Positions 1 through 9,557 of a stretch of DNA of 44,817 nt are shown one piece after another; position 1 is the stretch's first letter; every line of letters begins with the position of its first letter. This DNA comes from a virus, in IMG/VR virus record IMGVR_UViG_3300019487_000010, positions 1 to 44,817 of that record. One strand, written 5' to 3'. The notes under the pieces were generated by a model. It saw only the letters and a program-made list of their open reading frames with translations, made no database searches and was not told the origin of the DNA. The translations under genes and the position numbers were made by a program.

Positions 1-123
1 CTCGCCAGCCCTGAACTTGCGTAGAGAAGCTCGCCTCTCCATGACGGGGGGGTCGCTCATCGCTGTGCAGTCGGTTGTCCCAGCCGGGCATGAACAGCCC
101 CTCTTGGCTGAGTTCATCCGTCC
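1..123. repeat. Terminal duplication: 1-123 is identical to 44695-44817 (circular-contig overlap or 123-bp direct terminal repeat)
   Basis: Base-by-base comparison of the first two sequence lines with the last three lines; offset 44694. Confidence 0.95.
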
Positions 124-655
124 CCGCCATCACGAGGCCCACGCTGTCCCGAGGCACCGGCCGGCCGTGCGCGGCCACGTAGGTGCCGCGTTGTACATCC
201 GGACGCGTCTGCCCCAGCCCTTCATCGGGCTCTCGCACCAGACGCTTCTCAGGCGGGGAGCCTTCCCCGAGGGGAAGCCTCGTGCCCTCCCTGGGTAGAA
301 GCACGCTGTAGCGAGTGTCACCTCGGAGGTCATGCCCCCGAATCAACGCGAGAGCGCCCTGCGTGTTTTCCACGCGAGCAGGAGCAGCTAACGCCCAGGA
401 GCCAGCAGATCGTGCGGGGTTCACGGCCTCCCCGAAGCCAACGGCAGCCTCCGCGAGGCTTTCTCCGCGGGTGGCCACGTCCTCGTCCGGCCAGAAGAAG
501 GGTCCTTGCAGGTCTCCCGGGGCGGCCACCTGGATTCGACCCTGCGAGTCCGGCGGGAGCACCATGACCCACAGCGCCCGGTGAGGAGCGAGTCGATCCT
601 TGGTGTGGTGGCGAAGCGGAACCAGCGCTTCGCTGGGGCCGAGCAGCCAGCTCAT
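1..655 (-). CDS. Tail fibre protein, N-terminal part; the gene wraps the window junction and continues at 44694 downwards
   Basis: ATG at 655-653 overlaps the TGA (654-652) of the upstream gene (ATGA). I checked every plus-strand triplet starting at positions = 2 mod 3 from 2 to 655 and found no tta/cta/tca. This frame is the same as the 42377..44785 ORF (91 = 44785-44694). Confidence 0.75.
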   Translation of the reverse strand, partial: MSWLLGPSEALVPLRHHTKDRLAPHRALWVMVLPPDSQGRIQVAAPGDLQGPFFWPDEDVATRGESLAEAAVGFGEAVNPARSAGSWALAAPARVENTQGALALIRGHDLRGDTRYSVLLPREGTRLPLGEGSPPEKRLVREPDEGLGQTRPDVQRGTYVAAHGRPVPRDSVGLVMAGTDELSQEGLFMPGWDNRLHSDERPPRHGEASFSTQVQGWR

Positions 656-2736
656 ATGCTTTCTCCGGTGATCAAGGTGCGGTGCACCCTCTGACGGACC
701 AGCGGTGGCAAGAGCAACAACGCGTCCACCGGCGGCACTCGATCGGTAGCCACGTACTCAGTCTCATGTACCTTTCCGAAAGAGACCGTCAGACGTGTTA
801 CGTTGCCTGCTAGTTGGTCCGTGTCGGGGTCGAACCCGGGCCTCGACAAGCGTCCTGCCACCCGGTCAGCCCAACTGAAGAACGCACGGAAAGCCTCCGC
901 TCTAGCGAGCGCGACCAGGATCCCCTCGTTCTGCAGGGTGAGCCCCTGAAGAACGAGCTCGTTGTTGTCCCCCACCTGAAGTTCACTCTGGTCCATCCGC
1001 CAGACGTACCGAGCAAACTCCCTCGAGTACAGCTGGTGAGCGACTCGCTTGACGTCGGGCAAGGTCAGCCCGTGAGCCTTGGCGTCGGTCTCAACCTCCA
1101 AGTACCGCTCACTGGAGTTTGGTGAGGAAAGGGTGACGTTGAGCAGGATGGCCAAGTTGAACGTCGGGCTCAGCTTCGCACTTCCGATATACCCGGGCAG
1201 GGGTGAGCCAGGGATGCCTACCCGAAGCGGGTTCACCAGGGTACCGTAGTGGTACGCAGCGATCGCGTGATAAGGGTCGGTACGGAACACGAGCTCGATG
1301 ATGCCGAGCGCCCCGTCCTTCATGACCGCGTCGACGGGGGCCACCGAAGCGTCCGCCAGCTTGTCGGGGAAAGGAAGGTTGTAGGTGAAGAGGCGGGAGG
1401 CCGGATCTGCTACGGTAGGCCGGATCCCGAGGGGTTGGATCGCGTAGTCCATCCACACGGGCGAGGGCTGCGGCTCTCCAGACTCTGGGTCTACGAAGCT
1501 CAGCGCGGTAAGCTCCCACGTGTCCACGTTGTGAAGCAACGTGGGCGGGAGTCGCCAAAACCGCCGCAGGGAGTTGGCGGCCACGGAGAGCCGGTTCAAC
1601 TGCACCGGGTCATAGCTGCCTGGAAGCCGGTGGTTGAGGGCGAACCGGTGTAGGAGGTGCGGGCTCATCGCGGTCTCGAGAAGCTTGGGGTAGGTCAAGT
1701 CCTCCCCGCCCGCCCAACCTTCATCGTTCCACGCAGAGAGGGCATCAACGATCTTCACCCACTGCCCTCTCCACCGGAGGCCTAGCTTAGGAACAGTCAC
1801 AGTGTCCGGTAGCTGAATCACCTCTTCGAGAGAGAGGCCCTCACGAGTGGTTGTACCAGAGGTGCTCTGCACCAGCACTTCGTGCTTCTTCACGAAGCGA
1901 GTCACGTAGTGGCTTGGTCGAGCTCGCCGAAGGTCCTGAGGAGACGCGTATCCGGCGAGTTGATAGCCGCCGAGCCCGTCTGGGAAGGGGGCGTCCTTGA
2001 GGGTGTACACGTAAAACGCGCCCGAGGGGACCACGGTGTACGCGCAGTGGTTCAACGCACAGAACCTGGCCAGCACCTGAAGGAAGCCCTCCTCGAGGAC
2101 CCGGTCATCGAAGAGAGGGTAGTTTAGGTCTTGAACTCTGGGGCTCAACCGCCCCACAAGGGTCGGGAGACGATCCTTCAGGCTGGTTACGCGGGCAAAA
2201 GCCTCCCCACTGAGGAGCCACATGATCGCGGTAAACGCGGTCCAGGGAACGCCGTCGATCCGCGCCCGAAGCCCGTAGGGAGCGGCGAAGAAGGGCCCGC
2301 TAGGGTCCTTCAGGGTACCTGCTCGGTACTTCTGGTCCGCGATCTGGATGAAGTCTTCTGCTCGCTGTACCGTCGCGAAGTTCGGGATGTTCAGCTCATC
2401 CACCCGCTTGGGCACGTTGAACTGCCCGGTCACCCGCACGTCCTGGTAGAGCCAGCGAACGTCGCTGAGCGACCACCTAGCTTCCGTGGGGCTGAACTGC
2501 ACCCGCTTGGTGAGGTAGAGGTTCTTCCAGGAGACCGTGTGCTTTCTGGCCCGAGTTCCGCTCTCGATAGTGGTCTCGAAAGATAGCTCCACGGGGTTTG
2601 TCAACTCACGGAGCTTCTCGTCAATCGCCAGGGTGACAACGAACTGAGCCTCAGGGACCTCGGGTCCTGGCACGTACGGCCAGGTGAACGGGACGGAGCC
2701 CTCCTCGAGGGGCACGTCGTTGAGGGTAAGTTTCAT
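652..2736 (-). CDS. Large virion/tail structural protein (694 aa), function unknown
   Basis: Long ORF with normal composition. It is translationally coupled to its neighbours and sits between the tail genes and the tail fibre. Confidence 0.6.
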   Translation of the reverse strand: MKLTLNDVPLEEGSVPFTWPYVPGPEVPEAQFVVTLAIDEKLRELTNPVELSFETTIESGTRARKHTVSWKNLYLTKRVQFSPTEARWSLSDVRWLYQDVRVTGQFNVPKRVDELNIPNFATVQRAEDFIQIADQKYRAGTLKDPSGPFFAAPYGLRARIDGVPWTAFTAIMWLLSGEAFARVTSLKDRLPTLVGRLSPRVQDLNYPLFDDRVLEEGFLQVLARFCALNHCAYTVVPSGAFYVYTLKDAPFPDGLGGYQLAGYASPQDLRRARPSHYVTRFVKKHEVLVQSTSGTTTREGLSLEEVIQLPDTVTVPKLGLRWRGQWVKIVDALSAWNDEGWAGGEDLTYPKLLETAMSPHLLHRFALNHRLPGSYDPVQLNRLSVAANSLRRFWRLPPTLLHNVDTWELTALSFVDPESGEPQPSPVWMDYAIQPLGIRPTVADPASRLFTYNLPFPDKLADASVAPVDAVMKDGALGIIELVFRTDPYHAIAAYHYGTLVNPLRVGIPGSPLPGYIGSAKLSPTFNLAILLNVTLSSPNSSERYLEVETDAKAHGLTLPDVKRVAHQLYSREFARYVWRMDQSELQVGDNNELVLQGLTLQNEGILVALARAEAFRAFFSWADRVAGRLSRPGFDPDTDQLAGNVTRLTVSFGKVHETEYVATDRVPPVDALLLLPPLVRQRVHRTLITGESI

Positions 2737-4694
2737 CGCTGTTGCACCGTCAGGTCCGTGGCCTGCGTCACCTTGACCTCACCCAGGGTGGAGGTGGGCA
2801 AAACCACCGCGGACTTGTTGGAGACCCACAGCTTCTGCACGGAGCTCCTGGACTCCACTACGGTCTGGATCTGTCCGCCGCTGTCTGGCATGCGTCCGTG
2901 GTGCACCTTCATGAAGCTGAACCCGCCCTCGAGTCGTATCCAGCGACCTGCCGGGGCTGCACCAAACTTCGCTGGCGGCGGCGGCGGGTCAACGTCGGCG
3001 GCGTCGAAGGCCACCTCGGGCTGTAGGGTGCGCTCCTCGCGGATCAGTGAGATCGTCGCGAGGACCTCAGGGCCGGTGGCTCGAAAGAGGTGGTACTGGT
3101 TCTTCTCCCCGGAGAGCACCAGCCTCCGTTCCAGCCCCTCGTTGAACGAGTAGTGCACGGTCTCGTCGTGCCGGATCACTCGGTTGCCACGGAGGGCAAA
3201 CCAGAGCTGGTAGGAGCCCGAGACGGACATCGTGACCGGGTCAACTTGGAAGGACTCGCTCTTGATGGTGACGGGGCCACCGAAGTACGCCGCAGCCTTA
3301 CCGATGAGGGTACTCCGGAGCGCTATCCACTTGGCGGCCAACTGGGCCTCGGTGGCGCTCTTCTTCACGAAGGCAAAGTAGTTCACCGCGCCCATGACCT
3401 CAGCGATCGCGCCAGTCGAGAGCCCGTGTTTCCAGGTTCCAAACCTCGTGAACGTGATCTTCTCGCCAAGGATGACTGAGTCAGCGACCGAGTAGCTCCG
3501 CTCCCGGAACGTGGCCGAGAAGACCAGCTCCGCGCTCTCTCCGTCTCGAGTAAACGAGGGCGGATCTACCTCCTCCCAGGTGACCGCACCGTCCACCGCG
3601 GTCTTAGTGGCGTTCGCCCACGTAACGAAGTCAGCGGTGAACTTATCCTCCGCGTCTTCGCCAGCGTCGTCGGTGTGGTACATGCCCTTGAGAGCGAGGA
3701 GCTTGAGATCCGCGGGGGTCTGCGTGACCTCCACGCTCTCTCGACGCCGAAAGGTGTAGCTGGACGCGGTGATGACCACCGAGAGCCCGCCCGAGATCTC
3801 CCCCGTATCCTCCTGAAGGGTGAGGGTCTCCTCTTCTGGCGTGGCTACGTCCACGTCCCACGTGGTCTCAACCATCGTGAGCAGAGCGTCCCGCACCGCC
3901 TCGAGCTTCTCCGCGTGGTCCGCGTAGACCACCGCACTTATGTCCAGGTGCCCCCTGTAGTCCACGTGCACCACGCGGCGCTGAGCGTTCTTGACGCGTC
4001 CTCGCTGAAGCGTCATTCGCACGGACTCGTTCTTCACGTCTGCCACCCCGGTGGTGGTTCGTACCTGACGGTACGTGGCGGTAAAGGTGAGGGTGTGCTT
4101 TTCACGATCGTGCGTGGCTGGCCCTTCCGAGACCAGCTGCCAGTTCGCCGTCCCGTCCAGCGCTGTGAGCTCCGCCGTGGCGTAGGCGGTGAAGAGTGAG
4201 TTGTACTTCGCTCGCGCAGTCACGCCCGACCCGTACGTGTACTCACCAGTGATGATCGCCTGCTTGAGCCGCCCCGCAGAGAACGTGAGACCGGTGGTGG
4301 CGGTCCTCAGGAACGAGGTGCTGGAGGCGGGCCCCCGCCAGGTGATCGTGAACTCCCACAGGAGGGTCCGGTCACTATCCGCCTCCTGATCCCCGGGCGC
4401 GCGAAGCTCCGTGACAACGTTGCCCACGCTCGTGAGCTGGACTCCCTGGAAGGTCTGCCCCGAGCTCGCTACCACGAGCGTGAAGTTCGCGCTTGGCGGA
4501 GTGAGCGCTGCTACCATAGCGTCCTCGGCGGTCTTGTAGTTCGCCGGGGTGCTACCCTGCAGGATGAACCGGCACCTGATCGAGAAGGTACCGTCGTACT
4601 TGCGGGTGAACGTCTCCGTGCCGTACGGCAAGGTAGCGGCGTTGGCGCCGCCAATCTCATAGCCATTATAAGAGAGGGAAAACGGGTGCGCCAC
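2733..4694 (-). CDS. Large virion/tail structural protein (653 aa), function unknown
   Basis: Long beta-rich ORF in the tail module; 4-nt overlap with the downstream gene. Confidence 0.6.
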   Translation of the reverse strand: MAHPFSLSYNGYEIGGANAATLPYGTETFTRKYDGTFSIRCRFILQGSTPANYKTAEDAMVAALTPPSANFTLVVASSGQTFQGVQLTSVGNVVTELRAPGDQEADSDRTLLWEFTITWRGPASSTSFLRTATTGLTFSAGRLKQAIITGEYTYGSGVTARAKYNSLFTAYATAELTALDGTANWQLVSEGPATHDREKHTLTFTATYRQVRTTTGVADVKNESVRMTLQRGRVKNAQRRVVHVDYRGHLDISAVVYADHAEKLEAVRDALLTMVETTWDVDVATPEEETLTLQEDTGEISGGLSVVITASSYTFRRRESVEVTQTPADLKLLALKGMYHTDDAGEDAEDKFTADFVTWANATKTAVDGAVTWEEVDPPSFTRDGESAELVFSATFRERSYSVADSVILGEKITFTRFGTWKHGLSTGAIAEVMGAVNYFAFVKKSATEAQLAAKWIALRSTLIGKAAAYFGGPVTIKSESFQVDPVTMSVSGSYQLWFALRGNRVIRHDETVHYSFNEGLERRLVLSGEKNQYHLFRATGPEVLATISLIREERTLQPEVAFDAADVDPPPPPAKFGAAPAGRWIRLEGGFSFMKVHHGRMPDSGGQIQTVVESRSSVQKLWVSNKSAVVLPTSTLGEVKVTQATDLTVQQR

Positions 4695-4697
4695 GCC

Positions 4698-5462
4698 TTA
4701 GCCTCCCACCGGGAGCACCCCGTCCCGATTCGCCTGGTCAACGCTGGCCTGCATGAATCGTCGATGAGCCAACATACGCTGCCGTCGCTCGATCAAGTCC
4801 AGGTAGATCTGCTTGTAGTACTCAGCGCTGACTCGATCCACGGTGACCCCGGAGGCACCCATAGTCTCCGCCCACGCCATCGCCTCTTGTTCCGCAGTGC
4901 CACCGACGTACTCTTCTGCCTGGTGCGCCGCGCGGATCTCCGCCCGCTTCTCCCTGGTGAACGGGTTGCCTACACGGAGGCTCTCCGCGTACCCCAGCAA
5001 CACCTCCTGCCAGTGCCGCTGCTTGGTCGCCTCGGTGGCCATGGTGTCCATCTGGATCTTGTCGTAGGTGTCCCGGAGCTGGAACGCCTCTTGTGCCACC
5101 ATGCCTATCACCTGTGCAGCGGCGGCCGGGCCGGATATCGTTGAACTCGCTGGAAGACCAGCGGCGCCTCCGCTCCCCTTAGCGTGAGGAACCCCTGCTG
5201 GCATGGGCGCACCGGGAGCCCCGGGACCAACTCCGCCGCCCGCGCCCGCGAACCCAGCGCTCACTCCCTGAGCCACAGCCTGGCTCAACGCTTGGAAGAA
5301 CCCCGCGGGTAGCCCGGTGAGGCCCGGGGCAGCCCCCGGAGCAGCCCCCGGAGCAGCTGTCTCGGCGTCTCGCTGAAGATCGTCGAGCGCCCGCTCCGCC
5401 TGGGAGGTGTCAGCGACAAACTCGATCGCGAGCCGCCGGTTGACATCGCCTTGAGCGCTCAT
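4698..5462 (-). CDS. Virion protein with a Gly/Ala/Pro-rich central region (254 aa)
   Basis: ORF in the tail module with APGAAPGAAPG and GAGGGVGPGAPGAP low-complexity segments and a helical C-terminus. An internal or tape-measure-like role is only a guess. Confidence 0.5.
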   Translation of the reverse strand: MSAQGDVNRRLAIEFVADTSQAERALDDLQRDAETAAPGAAPGAAPGLTGLPAGFFQALSQAVAQGVSAGFAGAGGGVGPGAPGAPMPAGVPHAKGSGGAAGLPASSTISGPAAAAQVIGMVAQEAFQLRDTYDKIQMDTMATEATKQRHWQEVLLGYAESLRVGNPFTREKRAEIRAAHQAEEYVGGTAEQEAMAWAETMGASGVTVDRVSAEYYKQIYLDLIERRQRMLAHRRFMQASVDQANRDGVLPVGG

Positions 5463-5908
5463 AGCTCCTCCGCGGTCAGCTCAGCCCGCCATACCACCTG
5501 CCGTGAGCAGATGAACTGGGGCCCGTTGGTCAGGGTCGGGCCAGGACGAGAGACCGCCGCTGCGAAGAACCGCACTCCGTTGACGAGGGTCCTCGAAGAG
5601 AGGGTCTCCCGTACTCGTCGAACGAGCGTCTCGAGCTCATCGAGGGCGTCTTCCGAGTGCGGTCCGTTCTCATGCATGATGAACAGCGTTACGCTGCAGG
5701 TCAACCGAAGCAGAGTAGGGTGCTCCGCGTGAGGCTCTTCCCCACCTAGAGAGAGCACCGCCGCGGGAAACATGAGCTCATCGAGCCGAACGTCCTCCCC
5801 GCTCACCGCGAGCACCACACTCTCCGCTGCGAAGACCTGGACCGCGCTGTCATTGACCAGCGCCCGCAGCGCGGTCTGGAGCACCCGCAGTAGCTGGAGC
5901 GGGCTCAT
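5459..5908 (-). CDS. Putative neck/tail completion protein (149 aa)
   Basis: Position in the connector block and ATGA coupling. No diagnostic motif. Confidence 0.45.
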   Translation of the reverse strand: MSPLQLLRVLQTALRALVNDSAVQVFAAESVVLAVSGEDVRLDELMFPAAVLSLGGEEPHAEHPTLLRLTCSVTLFIMHENGPHSEDALDELETLVRRVRETLSSRTLVNGVRFFAAAVSRPGPTLTNGPQFICSRQVVWRAELTAEEL

Positions 5909-6435
5909 AGCGTCACGCTATCGATCGGAGCTGGACCGGTGTACACTCGGCCGGTGCTGTCCTCGAGCCCCTCCCACTCGACCTCGAGGAGGGTGCGCTC
6001 TTGCCTACGGTGAACGCTCGGGCTCAACACCTTGGGTACCGCGTTCCAGAGCACGAACACCTTGCCTTGGGTGGTGTCCTCAGGAGCGAACAGCAACTTG
6101 TATCCTGTGACCACGCCTACGACAGCCGCGCTCGAGGTCAACGCGGGCACCCCGCTCGAGAGCCACCCCGCCTCCAACAAGCGGTTGAAGTGAGCGACCT
6201 GCATGAGCTTCGCTCGTGCGGCCGCTCGTCTCAGTCCCAACCTCAACCCCGCGTGTGGGTGTTGGCGAGCCCGATGACGAACCGCGAGCCAGTGCCACTC
6301 CTCAGTCCACCTCAAGCCTTCCTCAAGGAACCCCAAGCTCTCTCCGCCGTAAGGAAAGGCCGCTGCGAGGTTCGTCGGAGCCGCGACCAGCCTGCCGGGC
6401 TGGTAGAGGAACTCACTGACGTCGTCGCCGTTCAC
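5905..6435 (-). CDS. Hypothetical structural protein (176 aa)
   Basis: Coupled ORF in the connector/tail block. Confidence 0.45.
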   Translation of the reverse strand: MNGDDVSEFLYQPGRLVAAPTNLAAAFPYGGESLGFLEEGLRWTEEWHWLAVRHRARQHPHAGLRLGLRRAAARAKLMQVAHFNRLLEAGWLSSGVPALTSSAAVVGVVTGYKLLFAPEDTTQGKVFVLWNAVPKVLSPSVHRRQERTLLEVEWEGLEDSTGRVYTGPAPIDSVTL

Positions 6436-6968
6436 CCGAGGTCCACCATGGCTACGATGATCCTCAGGTCTTCCTCGGTGAGCTCAAGCAACGGCCTTGC
6501 AGGCACCGTGAAAGTCATGCCCTGTTGCTTCTTTGAGACCCCGAAGAGCCAGCCTAACTTCCTGAGTCGCTTGTCCTTCTTCATGGCCCGGTACAAAGAG
6601 GAGCGGAACATCGAGGTAAACCTGATCTCCGTCTTGCCGCCCTGGTCATGCAGCGCGGCACGAGCGTAGGGCGACACGATGAGTACCCGGTTCTTCTCCA
6701 ACCGCTCCCGAAAGAAGCTCATCCGCAGGACGCCTGTGTCTATGAGCGCGGGTCTAGGGGTAAATCGCCGAGCCTTCACTGAACCGCCTGAGTTCAAGTC
6801 CCCGATGATCCCCGCGATGTTCGGGCTCTTACGAGCAGGCCACTTGGTCACCCGACCCTGTTGGTCAAACGTGTCTGGAATCACGGAGAGTAGGTAGTCA
6901 GACGCGTCCTCCATGAACTGCGTGGTGGCGAGCTTGGGCACCTGCCTGACCTTGACGCGGAACTTCAC
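6432..6968 (-). CDS. Head-tail joining / tail-completion protein (HK97 gp10 or virion-morphogenesis-like)
   Basis: LIDTGVLRMSF ... SPYARAALHDQGG ... VPARPLLELTEEDL resembles the DTG.L..S / YA...E.G / PaRPfl pattern of this family. Confidence 0.6.
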   Translation of the reverse strand: MKFRVKVRQVPKLATTQFMEDASDYLLSVIPDTFDQQGRVTKWPARKSPNIAGIIGDLNSGGSVKARRFTPRPALIDTGVLRMSFFRERLEKNRVLIVSPYARAALHDQGGKTEIRFTSMFRSSLYRAMKKDKRLRKLGWLFGVSKKQQGMTFTVPARPLLELTEEDLRIIVAMVDLG

Positions 6969-7162
6969 AACAGGCCCTTCTGCTTGGCCAGCTCACCCAC
7001 GTACATCGCGAGCGCCCCGACCTTCTGACGCCGACCCCCGCACGCTCCCTCATGGCGTCGGGTTAGCTCCTCCAACGCCTCGATGAGTGAGTCCTCGCTC
7101 AGCGTGGCCCTGGTCACGAGCGAGTACAGGTCGTAGTCGCTCAGTTGAGCAAGCTGGCTCAT
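6965..7162 (-). CDS. Hypothetical small protein (65 aa)
   Basis: Coupled ORF, 4-nt overlaps on both sides. Confidence 0.45.
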   Translation of the reverse strand: MSQLAQLSDYDLYSLVTRATLSEDSLIEALEELTRRHEGACGGRRQKVGALAMYVGELAKQKGLL

Positions 7163-7581
7163 TCACCGCCCTTTGAGACATATCCCGCCCAGAATGAGGG
7201 GCCGAGCTTCGGTGCGAGGTCCGCGTCATCCGCCTCGGGCGTTCTCACCGCCGACGACGTGGTGGGGATTCCCGCGCGAGACCGCAAGACTTGGAGCTCA
7301 TCCTTCCAGAGCTTCTGCTGTGTCTCCGCCCACCCCGCCCCCTGGGTGCCCTTGTAGAGCTGGAGCTTCGTAAGCACCCCGCGGACCGCCACGGCCACGT
7401 GGGTGGCCTTGGTCACGTCGAAGGTGACCTGACCGAACAGCTCGAAGTCCGCCTCCACGTCGGTGCACGCTTGGACCAACACAGCGGTGTTCACCGTGGA
7501 CAGCGCGCTCCCGGGTGGCTGGGTCAGCTGCGCCAGGCGCTTGGTCGGAACCCGCGCCTGGACTTCGTCTGTGAGGCTCAT
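7159..7581 (-). CDS. Putative head-tail adaptor (140 aa)
   Basis: I chose the internal ATG at 7581 because it forms an ATGA overlap with the stop of 7578..8876. The upstream part of the track ORF is Arg-rich shadow sequence. The N-terminus MSLTDEVQARVP... is typical of gp6-like connectors. Confidence 0.5.
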   Translation of the reverse strand: MSLTDEVQARVPTKRLAQLTQPPGSALSTVNTAVLVQACTDVEADFELFGQVTFDVTKATHVAVAVRGVLTKLQLYKGTQGAGWAETQQKLWKDELQVLRSRAGIPTTSSAVRTPEADDADLAPKLGPSFWAGYVSKGGE

Positions 7582-8876
7582 GGGTCGGTGACCGTCTCCG
7601 CGCCAGCGGTGGCGTGATGGTACATCCGCTTGTACAGACGCCAAGCCCACGCCTGCATCTTGCCGTCCGCGCCGGCAAGAGCGTCCGTGAACTCGATCGT
7701 GTCGTCGAGCTTGAAGTCCGTGGTGCCTGGCCGAATCACGAGCCACGCCTTGTTATACTCGTCGAAATAGCACACGATGAACCCGTCCACCAACAAGTGG
7801 CCCGCCGACGGTGCCCACCTCAACTTGAGGATCGGGTCACCGTCGTTGAGGTTCCGGTAGTGGAGGTTCTCGTTGAGGGTCACCAGGTGAAACTGCCACC
7901 CGACCTGCGCCGCCACCACGACCGGAGCGAACGTGGCGTTGCCCACGGTGGGCGTGAGCGTCCCGCTGCCCGCGGTGAACCCGCTGATCGCGGAGTCCCG
8001 CCGATACGCGAAGCCCGCGAAGAGCGGGCGATCCGTCTTCAGCCCGCCGAGGTTGAAGAACCGCTGCTGGATGTACTTCTCCGTGGCGTTCTTGAGCCAC
8101 AGAGCGTAGCCTATGCCGGCAGGGTTGGTCGTAGAGACGTTTGCCCGTTCCTCTGGGCTCTTGCGGTAGATATCGTCGGACGTGAACCGGTAGTCCGTCA
8201 CCGGGGTCGCGTTGGTCTCCCACGCCCCCATGTCCGTGGGCACCGTCACGGTGCCGCCGAATGACTCGAAGGACGCGTCCCCGATCAACTCCGAGCCATC
8301 GTGGCACCGAACCTGTTGGGTCTCCCGTGCTCCGGTCTCGTCGAGCAGGTCCGCGCCAACGTTCTTCCCGTCGAGGGTGAACGCCTCCCGCCCGGGTTCC
8401 GCCCGCGCACCCTTGTCTTGGATGCACAAGGCCCGGGTCACCCCGAGGTACATCGCCTCGAGGTTCTTTCCGTTCTCGTTGACCGTGAGCCGATGAAGCA
8501 CTCCGTTGCCCGTGCCCGTGACTGAGCCCGCCCCGTAGTTGATCCCGCGGGTCTTGACAGTCTCGGCTGCTCCCACCATGTACTTACGCAGGTCATCCCA
8601 GAACCGAGCCCCCGCGGTCAGGTCCGGGCTGAGGATGACCCGCGCCATGTCCGTCAGGTGCGGGTCCAGGCAAGCGTGCCCGAGTTCCTCGAGGGAGGCG
8701 CCGAGGCGGCGACGATACGCCCGCGCAGCCGCCGCGGCCTTCTCCGCCTCCTCCCCGCGGAGCGAGGCGACGACCGCGTTCACCTTGGTGATCAGGGCGA
8801 TCCCCTGGGTGCGCCCGGTGTCCAGGAGGTCGACGACCGCTTTGATGTCGTCCATCTTCTGCGCGAACGTCGCCAC
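7578..8876 (-). CDS. Hypothetical virion protein (432 aa)
   Basis: Long ORF between the capsid gene and the connectors. No motif recognised. Confidence 0.55.
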   Translation of the reverse strand: MATFAQKMDDIKAVVDLLDTGRTQGIALITKVNAVVASLRGEEAEKAAAAARAYRRRLGASLEELGHACLDPHLTDMARVILSPDLTAGARFWDDLRKYMVGAAETVKTRGINYGAGSVTGTGNGVLHRLTVNENGKNLEAMYLGVTRALCIQDKGARAEPGREAFTLDGKNVGADLLDETGARETQQVRCHDGSELIGDASFESFGGTVTVPTDMGAWETNATPVTDYRFTSDDIYRKSPEERANVSTTNPAGIGYALWLKNATEKYIQQRFFNLGGLKTDRPLFAGFAYRRDSAISGFTAGSGTLTPTVGNATFAPVVVAAQVGWQFHLVTLNENLHYRNLNDGDPILKLRWAPSAGHLLVDGFIVCYFDEYNKAWLVIRPGTTDFKLDDTIEFTDALAGADGKMQAWAWRLYKRMYHHATAGAETVTDP

Positions 8877-8885
8877 GAGAAGCTC

Positions 8886-9527
8886 CTACTGCTGGTTGGA
8901 GGTGGGAAGCGCCCTGCTCACCTTGTGCTTGACTTCCTTGAGCTTGGCCTCCATGGCCGCCAGCTGAGCCTTGAGAGCAGCGTTCTCTCGCTCGAGGTCC
9001 GCTAGGTGCGTGGTGGTTCGGGGCTCCAGGTAGTCCTCGATCAAGATGAAGTCGCTGGCAGGACCCTCGAGCTGGACGGTCCGGGGGCGCCCGTCTTCAT
9101 CCGCGTCCGTGGGGTGCGCGTAGGCTCCCCGCAGGAACTTCGTGCTCGCCTTGAGCTTGAGCGCCTCGACCTGGTTGTCCGCCAGTTCCACCACGCAGAG
9201 CGCGGGGACGAGCGTGGGGCGCTGACCGCGCTTTGCCTTGAGCGGCATGTAGGTCCGCAGGGAGAACGCGAGTCCCAGCACCGTGATGGTGCTCGCGGGG
9301 CTCGGATCTCGCACTCCGATGACTCGCTTCCGGAGCGGCCCGACGGGCGGCGGAAGCCGCGTGTTTCCGGTCGCCAGGTGGGTAGCCGGGTCCGGGTCGG
9401 GCTTCATCCCCGCCTTGACCTGGGCCTTCGAGAGAGCCGCCTCCCACGGCTTGGGCGCGGGAGGCGGCACCGGCCACACCTGGTGCGGATCATGAACGGG
9501 CACCTGCTGAAGGATCGCGGTGGTCAC
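8886..9527 (-). CDS. Hypothetical protein with a C-terminal coiled coil (213 aa)
   Basis: ORF immediately downstream of the capsid gene, with LERENAALKAQLAAMEAKLKE heptads. Confidence 0.5.
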   Translation of the reverse strand: MTTAILQQVPVHDPHQVWPVPPPAPKPWEAALSKAQVKAGMKPDPDPATHLATGNTRLPPPVGPLRKRVIGVRDPSPASTITVLGLAFSLRTYMPLKAKRGQRPTLVPALCVVELADNQVEALKLKASTKFLRGAYAHPTDADEDGRPRTVQLEGPASDFILIEDYLEPRTTTHLADLERENAALKAQLAAMEAKLKEVKHKVSRALPTSNQQ

Positions 9528-9557
9528 GTTCCTATCTCCTGTCTCAGTGTTGAAGAG

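Noticed and set aside
1-123. Treating the 123-bp terminal identity as proof of a biological direct terminal repeat
   Set aside because: An exact end overlap is also what assemblers produce for circular or circularly permuted genomes. A coding frame (the tail fibre) reads straight through it. Without read-end data the physical ends cannot be assigned.
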